A stretch of 54,939 nucleotides of DNA from a virus (Duplodnaviria > Caudoviricetes). Positions 36,829-45,222 of this stretch are shown here, piece by piece; the first letter of the stretch is position 1; each line of letters starts with the position of its first letter. The notes beneath the pieces were generated by a model. It did not search any database. It saw only the letters and a list, made by a program, of their open reading frames with translations, and was not told the DNA's origin. The translations under genes were made by a program, and so were the position numbers. The stretch is taken from the IMG/VR virus record IMGVR_UViG_3300043184_000041, positions 1 through 54,939 of that record; one strand, given 5' to 3'.

Positions 36829-37317
36829 ATGTTCAGCACGCGTCAAAACGTCGAAGACTACCTCGGCGAAGAAGGCGTCTTGATGCTGACGGACGACTTG
36901 GCGTCTGCCGCCGGCACGGAGATCACCAAGGCCCTCCAAGAAGCCGACGACTACATCCTGGCGTACCTGCTCGAACGGTACGACGAAACGTCTCTTGAGG
37001 GTTCTTCGTGGGTTGAACGGCGTGCCACGGAGCTAGCTTGTTACTTCTTGTTCCTGCGTCGCGGTCAGCAGCCCCCCACGGGACTGGCCGAAACCTTCAA
37101 CCGGATCAGCGACGAACTCGACAAGATTTCCAAGAGCAACAACATGATCGTCCCCGGGGCTAACCCTCGGGAGAAGCAAGGCCCGAGCCTGTCAAACTAC
37201 GTTGTTGACGACCGGAAGCTCTCTCAGCGTTGTGTGGTGGACCCGCGCGGGAGCAACAACCCTTACGCCGGTCGCCGTGAACTGATCTCTCACCCCGTTA
37301 CGCCACTCGACCTGTGA
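36829..37317 (+). CDS. Head-tail adaptor, Mu gp36 (DUF1320)-like
   Basis: LTDD...ALQEADDYILAYLLERY...ELACYFL pattern. Confidence 0.7.
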   Translation: MFSTRQNVEDYLGEEGVLMLTDDLASAAGTEITKALQEADDYILAYLLERYDETSLEGSSWVERRATELACYFLFLRRGQQPPTGLAETFNRISDELDKISKSNNMIVPGANPREKQGPSLSNYVVDDRKLSQRCVVDPRGSNNPYAGRRELISHPVTPLDL

Positions 37318-38090
37318 CCGTCGTCCGCACTAAAAAGTCTCGCAAGGAAGTGCTGGAGATCATCGGCTACCTGTCTAAAGTCGCCTCGGGTCAACCCGAC
37401 CCTTACGGCCTCAGCGAAGCCCTTTACGACGCCATCGTCAACTCGGTGCTGGAGTCTGGCTACAACGCAGCCATTGTCAAGTCGATGGGCGGGGTAGACG
37501 ACATGGGGAACTCGTGGGCCCCTCTGAAGAAACAAACCGTCGCGTACAAGAAGAAAAAGTGGCGTCGCGGGCTCGGCCTCCCCTACGCCAGCCGCTTGCG
37601 CCCCACCCTCACCGCTGAACAGAACAAGCAGTGGAAGAACATTTTCAAGAAGATGAAGTACAAAGCCTTGGGGATGTCCGTCAAGAAAGGCTTGGCCCGT
37701 CTGCGTAGCCGGCGGCAGGGCGTGCTGGTTCTGAACAAGAGTGAAGCAGCGACCGAAGCAGACGCCGACGCCAAAGCAGCCGCTGTCGCCTGGAGCATCC
37801 TGAAAGCGTCAGGGGCAAAGACGTTGATGATGCTGGCCAACCGCGCGTCACTACCCATCTTGAACGAGACGGGCGAACTGCTCGAATCGATGGCCCCCGG
37901 TTCTCAACACCCCGCTCAGTACCGTATCGCAGGCCCCGGCAAACTCCGCATCGGCTCGACGCTGCCCCAAGTAGCCGCCTTCAAGGCCCGACCCTACTGG
38001 CCCGACAACATGGGGCCTTGGATGGCGAGAGCAATCGAAGCAGGCCGCGACGCTTTACGGACCCGCTTACTGGAAGTGTTGTCGTCATGA
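37314..38090 (+). CDS. Virion morphogenesis protein, Mu gpG-like
   Basis: GNSWAPLK...ILNETGELLES...IGS...ARPY. Confidence 0.65.
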   Translation: MTVVRTKKSRKEVLEIIGYLSKVASGQPDPYGLSEALYDAIVNSVLESGYNAAIVKSMGGVDDMGNSWAPLKKQTVAYKKKKWRRGLGLPYASRLRPTLTAEQNKQWKNIFKKMKYKALGMSVKKGLARLRSRRQGVLVLNKSEAATEADADAKAAAVAWSILKASGAKTLMMLANRASLPILNETGELLESMAPGSQHPAQYRIAGPGKLRIGSTLPQVAAFKARPYWPDNMGPWMARAIEAGRDALRTRLLEVLSS

Positions 38091-38680
38091 TCGACACCGC
38101 AGAACTCTATCTGACTGCCGCTGTTGACGCCCTGCGCGCCAATGACGACTTGTTCAAGACGCCCGAGATCGCCAGGGCTTCGTGCCTAATCATGCCGGAC
38201 GACCGGACAGCCCCTAACGCTGGTCACTTGTTCATCGGTGTACGCACGAACCAGCAGCAGTCTGTCGGTAACAGCCCCGACCGTCTCGACGAAGAAGTGG
38301 GCGTGCTAGTCGCTATCACCGTCCGCACGTCCGACACCCCTTCCGACCGCTTGGGCAACCGCACCATCCGTAAGGAAGAGACCCGCCGCCAGCTCAGCAT
38401 CAGCGAAGCCAAAGAACTGGTCATCCGCACGCTGCACAACCAGAATGCAGTGATCCGCGCTTGCCAAGAAGTGCTACTAGCCCGAGAGGGCGAACCGATT
38501 GAGTGGCCAGCCCTCACTCCGCTAAGTTACAGGAGTGGTTCGAGCACCGGCCCGCAAGTCGTTGGGCCGGGGCACTTCGAGGCGACCGACCCGGAAGGTC
38601 GATTGGGCGAAGGACGGACCGACAGCGGATTGCTGCTGAAGCTCACTTTCGGGGGCGGTCGCCGTTTCCGCGCCCTCTAA
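38087..38680 (+). CDS. Putative tail completion/terminator protein
   Basis: Position between the neck genes and the tail tube; size. Confidence 0.45.
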   Translation: MIDTAELYLTAAVDALRANDDLFKTPEIARASCLIMPDDRTAPNAGHLFIGVRTNQQQSVGNSPDRLDEEVGVLVAITVRTSDTPSDRLGNRTIRKEETRRQLSISEAKELVIRTLHNQNAVIRACQEVLLAREGEPIEWPALTPLSYRSGSSTGPQVVGPGHFEATDPEGRLGEGRTDSGLLLKLTFGGGRRFRAL

Positions 38681-38714
38681 GAATACTTTTCGGTCACGCA
38701 CAGAGGAATAAGCC

Positions 38715-39305
38715 ATGACCTGCATCATCTCCCCTTCCAACGTCTCTTCGTCGCCGTACAACGTGCTGTACCGGCCCAACGGGGAAAACACGTTCATCAC
38801 GTTGGGGTCGATCACGGCAGAAGGCTCGACGGAGCGTATCAAGAAGGGTGAAGAACCGATCACCAGCAACGCGCTGGGCGCTGGCACCACCATCAGCTTT
38901 GTCTACACCGGGCAAGACCGCTACCTGGACATGACGCTCCAGGAGTTCCGCCGGCTCAACGTCCAAAAGCTGATCTACGATTACACCGCCGGCATCTCGA
39001 CGATGACCGACGATAACCGGCAGTTCCACCTCGGCCGCGTCGGCGCAATCTCTTGCCAGTTTGCCGGCGCGTTGCGTCTTGTGCCTGTCTACCCCGACGC
39101 CCCCGGCCGCACAACAAACACCAACCTGCCCAACATCGAATACTACTCGGTGGCGCTGGCCAACGAACGCGAGCTGTCGATGCAGATGCGTGCCGGCTTG
39201 CTCGAAGTGAACGTAATGCTCCGCTTGTTCCCCGTGCTCCAGAACCCCAACAACCCGTCGTCGCAGTTCTACAGCTTCGGCCAGTTCACCAGCGCGGCGG
39301 CTTGA
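38715..39305 (+). CDS. Putative tail tube protein
   Basis: 196 aa, beta-rich; strong SD GAGGA; precedes the tape measure. Confidence 0.5.
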   Translation: MTCIISPSNVSSSPYNVLYRPNGENTFITLGSITAEGSTERIKKGEEPITSNALGAGTTISFVYTGQDRYLDMTLQEFRRLNVQKLIYDYTAGISTMTDDNRQFHLGRVGAISCQFAGALRLVPVYPDAPGRTTNTNLPNIEYYSVALANERELSMQMRAGLLEVNVMLRLFPVLQNPNNPSSQFYSFGQFTSAAA

Positions 39306-39350
39306 GTGGAACGATCCTGAAGGACAGTGGAACGATCCTGAAGGACAGTG
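39305..39350 (+). repeat. 21-bp tandem repeat, about 2.2 copies (AGTGGAACGATCCTGAAGGAC)
   Basis: Read directly; a degenerate third copy follows. Confidence 0.9.
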
Positions 39351-39409
39351 AGGCAATCCTAAGAGAAGAAGCGGCGGGGACATTGCCTTAGCAGCAAACG
39401 GAGTAGGCA

Positions 39410-40885
39410 ATGGCCGACAACCCTTCAGAACTTCGGATCGTCTTCGACGGCGAAGGGGACGACAAAGGCACGTCCCTCAACGTCGATCTGGCGAAGGAAC
39501 TCAAGGGGCTCGCCGACGCCGTCCTGAAGGGGGGCAAGCAGGCAGAAGACGCCGCCAAGGCTGCCGCCCCCAAAGCAGACTCAGGCTCGGGCCCAACCCC
39601 CCAGGCAGGCGGCGGTGGGCGTAAGAAGCCCCCCAAGGCCCCGCCAGCCGCACCCAGCCCCGGCGACGAAAGGCCCAGTGATCCGTTCAGCCAAGAACTG
39701 ATCGCCTTAGCCGAGTCCCTGGTGGCCTCTCAAGAGACGCTGAAGGAAGCCAGCGACTCCCTGCGCGACAGCATGTCGGCCATCGACCTGGACATCCAGT
39801 CCCAGGTCAACTCGCAAGGAGCCATCCTCGAAGCCCTAAACGAGCTGCCCCAAGCGATGGGGGAGCAGCTAGCCAAGGAGCTGAACCTGCTGTTGGGGGC
39901 CAACTCCCCTAGCTCTACCGGCTTAGGCAAGATCGACACGACCGATGTCTTCCAGTCTTTGACGGACGCCATCGAGAACATGCAGGAAGCGTTCTCGTCG
40001 GACGTAATCGACACGCTCAGCACAACGGCCGAAGAACTGTCTGCTATCGCCGAGATCATGGCGCAGTTCGCCATGCCCAAGGACGAAGGCCCCGAGACGC
40101 TCGACCGTGGCCCGCTCTACGGCCTCACAAGTGGGGCACGCACCGCTCAAGGGGCAGCCGGATCGGTCGCCGCCGCAGCAGCCGCAGCAGCCGCTGGAGA
40201 AGCCGCCTCAGCAGCCGTAGGGGGAGCAGCAGCCGCCGCCACCAAGGCGGGCTTCACCGGCTTAGCGACGCTGCTAGGGGGCCCACTGGGATCGGCCATC
40301 GCCACCGGTCTGGCAGCCGCTGTGGGCGGGGCGGTGGGCAACGCGGTGTCAGAGACCGTAAGCGCAATCGTCTCGTTCGGCAAAGACATCGTTGACGAGC
40401 TGAAAAACGTCAACGAGACAGTCGCCATGCAGCAAGCCGTCAACGACTTTAAGAACTTAGAAGCCGCTATCAACCGTGGGAACGACTTAGGGAACGAGAC
40501 GGCTGCCGCAATGGAAATCGGCAACGACTTCACCCTTGCGGCCAAGGCAGTGGGGGGAGAACTGTTCCGTATCTTCAACCCCTTCATCCTTGTTTTTCTT
40601 GCCTTGCTGACTTCGGTCTTGAAGATTCTTTCCTACATTCTTGCCCCCATCGGCGTGCTGGTTCAGATCTGCTCAATAATATTGGGCTACCTGCTGTACC
40701 TAGTCAGTTGGCTTGATTACATCATTCCCGGCGGTTGGCTCGGTTCGTTAGTCACGGCTCTGACGCAAAAGCCAAGCGAAGAGAGTGAAGACGCAATCTC
40801 CGCCGCACTGGCTGCTGAAGAACAACGCATGGCCGACATCGCCGAAGCCTTACGCAATCTGCCAAATGCCGGTGGAGACAACTGA
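39410..40885 (+). CDS. Tape measure protein (short)
   Basis: Ala/Gly-rich helical protein with a hydrophobic C-terminal segment. Confidence 0.6.
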   Translation: MADNPSELRIVFDGEGDDKGTSLNVDLAKELKGLADAVLKGGKQAEDAAKAAAPKADSGSGPTPQAGGGGRKKPPKAPPAAPSPGDERPSDPFSQELIALAESLVASQETLKEASDSLRDSMSAIDLDIQSQVNSQGAILEALNELPQAMGEQLAKELNLLLGANSPSSTGLGKIDTTDVFQSLTDAIENMQEAFSSDVIDTLSTTAEELSAIAEIMAQFAMPKDEGPETLDRGPLYGLTSGARTAQGAAGSVAAAAAAAAAGEAASAAVGGAAAAATKAGFTGLATLLGGPLGSAIATGLAAAVGGAVGNAVSETVSAIVSFGKDIVDELKNVNETVAMQQAVNDFKNLEAAINRGNDLGNETAAAMEIGNDFTLAAKAVGGELFRIFNPFILVFLALLTSVLKILSYILAPIGVLVQICSIILGYLLYLVSWLDYIIPGGWLGSLVTALTQKPSEESEDAISAALAAEEQRMADIAEALRNLPNAGGDN

Positions 40886-40891
40886 CCAATC

Positions 40892-43072
40892 ATGCCCAAC
40901 AGCACAACACCTTTGTTGTTTGAAAAAAACGCTTACCAAAGCGTTGGCTTCATTCAATACAACGGAGTCCGCTTCCCTCCCTTCTGCAACATCGAAGTAG
41001 AGAGCGAATCTATCTACGACCGGCACAGCCGTTCATCCGAAGGCATCAAGATTAGGGTGACTGTCTCGGGCGTCGTGACCCCCAACATGTTTGTAGCCGT
41101 AGGGCAAACCGCCATACGAGAAATCAACGACCAACCCGGCATCCCAGAATCTGAAAACCCGACGTTAACGACTGACCTAGACATCGAAGAGATTCGTTAC
41201 CGCCTCGCTCAGCCGGGCCGCACGCTCGTCATCGACAATCGAGGCGTTGGCGACAAGCTCGTCATCCACGGCCGCCGCACTCACGCCGAAAGCGGTGACG
41301 CCGCCGCAGCGCAGTACGACATCAAAAACGGACCCGTTCCAGGGGAGTTCAAGGTCACTCCTTACAGCAACTACTCCTGCAAGATCGACTGGTCTTGCGA
41401 GACAGTCATCTCTCCCTGCGCGGAAAACAAGAACCCGTTGATGGAAAGCCCCGCTGGGGGCCAGCTCAACTCTTTGTCTTTTCTAAACATACTGTCCTTC
41501 AACTACGCAACCACGGTCACGGTCGAAAAGAATCTCACCGCCACCAAACGCATTCGCGGGGAAGTAGTGGTCGCCCGCGTATTCTCCAACACCAACCCTC
41601 GCAGCCCTTCCGAACAACGCTTAGAAGCCGCCTGCGTTAACCAGTGGGACGTGACGCTCCGAAATCACCTGACCGAAGTAGTCTTCCTTAAGCACAACCA
41701 GTTCCAACGCACCTCTGAGTTTTCTCTTTCAGAAGATAAGAGGACGCTGTCGTTCACGATCACCGACGTTGAACTAGCGACTGACAACCCTTACCCGCGC
41801 GGTATGGCGGAAATCAGCGTCACCAACAGCGTTGAGTCAGGCTTTGACTCAGGCGGGTTCAAGATTTGGAACGGAAGCCTTTCCGTCTCGGGCGAAGTCT
41901 ATCCCGGCTTTCCAAAGTTCTTGCTGTGGCAAGTCTTCCAACAGACCGAGAACGCCCTGCTCCGTCACGACTACAAAGTCGAACGCGATCAGCTTTTGCG
42001 CGGAGTGATCCGAAAGATCAACACCTACAAGTCGTCGATCAAAACCGACGACACAGCTTCCCGAGTAATCAGCAACGAACTCGACAAAGTACCTGTCTAC
42101 ATCCGCACCAAACTCAAACTCACCGACGAAGTCTTCACCCGCAAGGGAAGCATCGAATGCCAATACCGGATGGCGGCTGACCTGTCGATCATCCTCTACG
42201 CAACCGGCATGTTTCTGCCGTTACCCAACTGGCTGTACAACCTGAGTGGGTCGGTTTCCCGTGACCTGCCGTGGGCGGCTTGGTCAGCCCACCCCAATCA
42301 ACACGCCGGCTCTGGGTTCACCGCCCCGATGGTCATGGACATGGCTCCGGGGGCGGGCGCTCAGAACCTATGTCTCGCTACGTCTCTTGGGGACTTCGTA
42401 CCTGCGCCTGTCCCTCTCCCCTACGTCGGCTTCGGCACGTCAGAGTCCGGCCGTCTCGCTAGCGAAGCCAACTCGGGCTATTCGGGCTACGTCGCGTACA
42501 GCGGATCGACAAACCTGTACACCGACAACAACAGCACCCAATACGCCTACATGGAGTCTCAAGACGCCCATCGCCCCCGCACCTTCCAAAACGTAGACGC
42601 GGTCGGGCAAATCGCTACCCGCATGGCGTCCATCGACGGGCTGAAGATCAATCAGTCCACCCAGCAGTACGTCGTCAATGACCCAACCACCAACCAGCCA
42701 ACAGTCATCGCAGGCTCTCGTCGCACCGGCTACCCCACCTACCGGCTCGTCATCACCGGCCAAGCCGTACGTTGGGGCGACGCTCCCGTCATCCCTGAAG
42801 TCTTCGGCTTTGGTCAGCGCACTCTTACCAGCCCGTCGCTCAACGACGGTGGCCAAGTCTTGAACGCCGACCAGCTAGTCCTCGGCACCCCCATCAAGAT
42901 CGGCACCGACCGCACTACCCGAAAAGTAATCGGGGAAGGCACCAATCCGGCCGACGGAAAGACGGCCTTGCTTCATCACGCTTCTTGGGTAAAACAGTAC
43001 CTACTGTCGCACAACCCCACCGACGGGACGATCCTTGTCGATGGCATCTCTCTCGGAGCCGGATACGCATGA
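40892..43072 (+). CDS. Putative tail/baseplate protein
   Basis: 726 aa, beta-rich; follows the tape measure. Confidence 0.5.
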   Translation: MPNSTTPLLFEKNAYQSVGFIQYNGVRFPPFCNIEVESESIYDRHSRSSEGIKIRVTVSGVVTPNMFVAVGQTAIREINDQPGIPESENPTLTTDLDIEEIRYRLAQPGRTLVIDNRGVGDKLVIHGRRTHAESGDAAAAQYDIKNGPVPGEFKVTPYSNYSCKIDWSCETVISPCAENKNPLMESPAGGQLNSLSFLNILSFNYATTVTVEKNLTATKRIRGEVVVARVFSNTNPRSPSEQRLEAACVNQWDVTLRNHLTEVVFLKHNQFQRTSEFSLSEDKRTLSFTITDVELATDNPYPRGMAEISVTNSVESGFDSGGFKIWNGSLSVSGEVYPGFPKFLLWQVFQQTENALLRHDYKVERDQLLRGVIRKINTYKSSIKTDDTASRVISNELDKVPVYIRTKLKLTDEVFTRKGSIECQYRMAADLSIILYATGMFLPLPNWLYNLSGSVSRDLPWAAWSAHPNQHAGSGFTAPMVMDMAPGAGAQNLCLATSLGDFVPAPVPLPYVGFGTSESGRLASEANSGYSGYVAYSGSTNLYTDNNSTQYAYMESQDAHRPRTFQNVDAVGQIATRMASIDGLKINQSTQQYVVNDPTTNQPTVIAGSRRTGYPTYRLVITGQAVRWGDAPVIPEVFGFGQRTLTSPSLNDGGQVLNADQLVLGTPIKIGTDRTTRKVIGEGTNPADGKTALLHHASWVKQYLLSHNPTDGTILVDGISLGAGYA

Positions 43073-43619
43073 ACGCTCTCACGATCACCGACATGGCTGA
43101 TCCCAAGCAGATCACCGTGGCCGACAAGGACGGCAACGTCGTCTTGCAAGCAGCCAGCGAAGAACTCTACCTGTACTTGCGTGAGTGCCTGCAAGAGCTG
43201 GGCGCGGTCAACCCCAATGACCCGTCGGTCGCAGGCCGTTCTTCGACGATGATCCCCCACTTCGCCAACAAGCTGCAAGAAGTCTACAACGTCAAGCTGA
43301 ACATGTACGTTGTCGCCAAGATCGTTGACGAGATCACCGGTCAGATGATGCTGCTAAAAAAAACCTTGTCCTGCGGGCCAAGCTCGCCCGAGCAGGACTC
43401 GACTGGGCAAAGCTCACCGTCGTCGAACGATTCATCGCCGTCAGCAGCCTGACAACCCTGGCGGCCGACCAGAAGCTGGAAGAAACGTCTCGCCGTAACC
43501 CCTACACCTTTGCGTCGCTACGGCGAGACGTGATGCTCGTTACGGGGAACCGCGCCATCGCCGACAAAGCCGCCGCCAACTTCGCCGCCCAAGAAGCCCG
43601 ACACCGCCTAGGCATCTGA
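43069..43619 (+). CDS. Tail assembly chaperone pair: short form 43069-43452, -1 frameshift form ending 43619
   Basis: CTA AAA AAA ACC slippery site at 43356-43363. The -1 frame is open for about 85 codons without its own start and ends 1 nt before the portal ATG. Confidence 0.7.
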
Positions 43620-43620
43620 C

Positions 43621-44940
43621 ATGTTCCAATCTCTCAAGGCGATGTTCGGTTACGTCTCCGACCGCACCCCCAAGACAGCGGGGTACGAAGGGTCGAACAC
43701 GGCCCTGGTCGGCATCTGGGCCTACAACCGCAAGCGTCCCCTGTTCACCAACTGGCTGGCCCAGGCCATGTTGGCCGACCCCCACGTCCAGTTCGGGCTC
43801 TACCTCATCAAGGGCCCCATCCTTAGCGGCTCCCGCTTCCTAGTAACCTGCCAGAACGAAGAACAACGCCAGTTCATCGTCAAGCAGATCAACCGCTTCT
43901 GGACACGTTCCGCTAAGCTGGCCCTCCGCTCGATGCAGTTCGGTTGGTACGGCGCAGAAGTCATGTACCGCATCTGCGACGGCCGTCTCAACTTCGACGG
44001 CCTCATCAACCTCAGCCCCAACGACACGTCCCCCATTGTCTACAACAGCGTCTTGTCGGGCATCCAAGTCAGGATGCCGCAAACAATCACCTACCTGCCG
44101 GCCCCCAAGTGCTTCTGGACCACGCACGGCCGTGAGGTGAATCGTTGGTGGGGCCAGTCTCGCCTCTACGGCGCGCACATCCCTTGGTACGAGTACAACG
44201 CCAACGAAGGCTTCCGCGACAGCCGCCGCTTGTTCTTCTACAAGAACGCATTCAACGGTGGCGTACTGTACTACCCCCAGGGCGCAAGCACCGACGTGAC
44301 CGGGGTCCGCACCGACAACCGGGACATCGCCCAACAGATCATGGACGACTTCCGCAACGGCAGCGGCATGTGCCTGCCTCGCGGCTCCGACGCCCAGAAC
44401 AACTGGGAGTGGGACGCCCCCCAGTCCCAAGACGTATCCGCTTCCTTCACCGAGTATGGCAACTCTCTCCGCGACGAAGTCTGGGAAGCCCTGGGCGTCC
44501 CCCCAGAGATCGCCAAGGCCCAAGGCACAGGCGCGTACGCCGGTCGGCAAATCCCCCAGGAAGCCTTCTACTCCCTGCTCCAAGAAATCGTCCAAGACCT
44601 GATCGTTGACTACGACGAACAAGTCATCCGCCCCCTGGTCGCCATGAACTTCGGCGCTGAACACGCAGACTACGACATCGAGTGCTTCGGCCTGCTCCGC
44701 AACCTTGAAGAAGACCGGGGCAACCACAAAGACGACGCCCGCCAACCACTCGGCTCCAACGTGCAAGGCGGCGGCGACCAAACCAAGGACGCCCACCTGT
44801 CCAACCGCAGCTCGCAAGTCATGATGTCGGAACTGCTCCGCCTGCCCGCTCCCTACCTATCGGCCCGTGAGACCGGCGAAGCCCGCTTCTTCCTGAACGA
44901 AAACAGCCTCTGGACCTGCTGCGTTTCGTCCCGCGACTAG
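43621..44940 (+). CDS. Portal protein, Mu gp29 (DUF935)-like
   Basis: MLADPHVQ, FGWYGAEVMY, WWGQSRL, GTGAYAG, EQVIRPLVAMNFG. Confidence 0.8.
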   Translation: MFQSLKAMFGYVSDRTPKTAGYEGSNTALVGIWAYNRKRPLFTNWLAQAMLADPHVQFGLYLIKGPILSGSRFLVTCQNEEQRQFIVKQINRFWTRSAKLALRSMQFGWYGAEVMYRICDGRLNFDGLINLSPNDTSPIVYNSVLSGIQVRMPQTITYLPAPKCFWTTHGREVNRWWGQSRLYGAHIPWYEYNANEGFRDSRRLFFYKNAFNGGVLYYPQGASTDVTGVRTDNRDIAQQIMDDFRNGSGMCLPRGSDAQNNWEWDAPQSQDVSASFTEYGNSLRDEVWEALGVPPEIAKAQGTGAYAGRQIPQEAFYSLLQEIVQDLIVDYDEQVIRPLVAMNFGAEHADYDIECFGLLRNLEEDRGNHKDDARQPLGSNVQGGGDQTKDAHLSNRSSQVMMSELLRLPAPYLSARETGEARFFLNENSLWTCCVSSRD

Positions 44941-44977
44941 CAGCCTTTCTTTTCAGAGAACTAGGGAGGGGAAGGGC

Positions 44978-45220
44978 ATGGCAAGGCGTCTCAAGAACCG
45001 TTGGGGCAAGCTGAGCGAACTTGACGGCAGGGCACGCATCGGCAGCCCGATCTACCAGGGCTACCCCAAGCGGCTCAAACAGCTCAGCGCTTGGCGGGCG
45101 ATGCACAAGGTAGCCGGCAGCCACATGCCCGTCCGCATGGCCGGCACCAGGGCCCAGACACGCCCCAGCAGCAACCTACCGCTGCCCGCCAAAGAAGCCT
45201 TCGTCAAGAAACGGGTCTGA
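44978..45220 (+). CDS. Small basic hypothetical protein
   Basis: G-rich SD directly after motif A. Confidence 0.5.
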   Translation: MARRLKNRWGKLSELDGRARIGSPIYQGYPKRLKQLSAWRAMHKVAGSHMPVRMAGTRAQTRPSSNLPLPAKEAFVKKRV

Positions 45221-45222
45221 GC

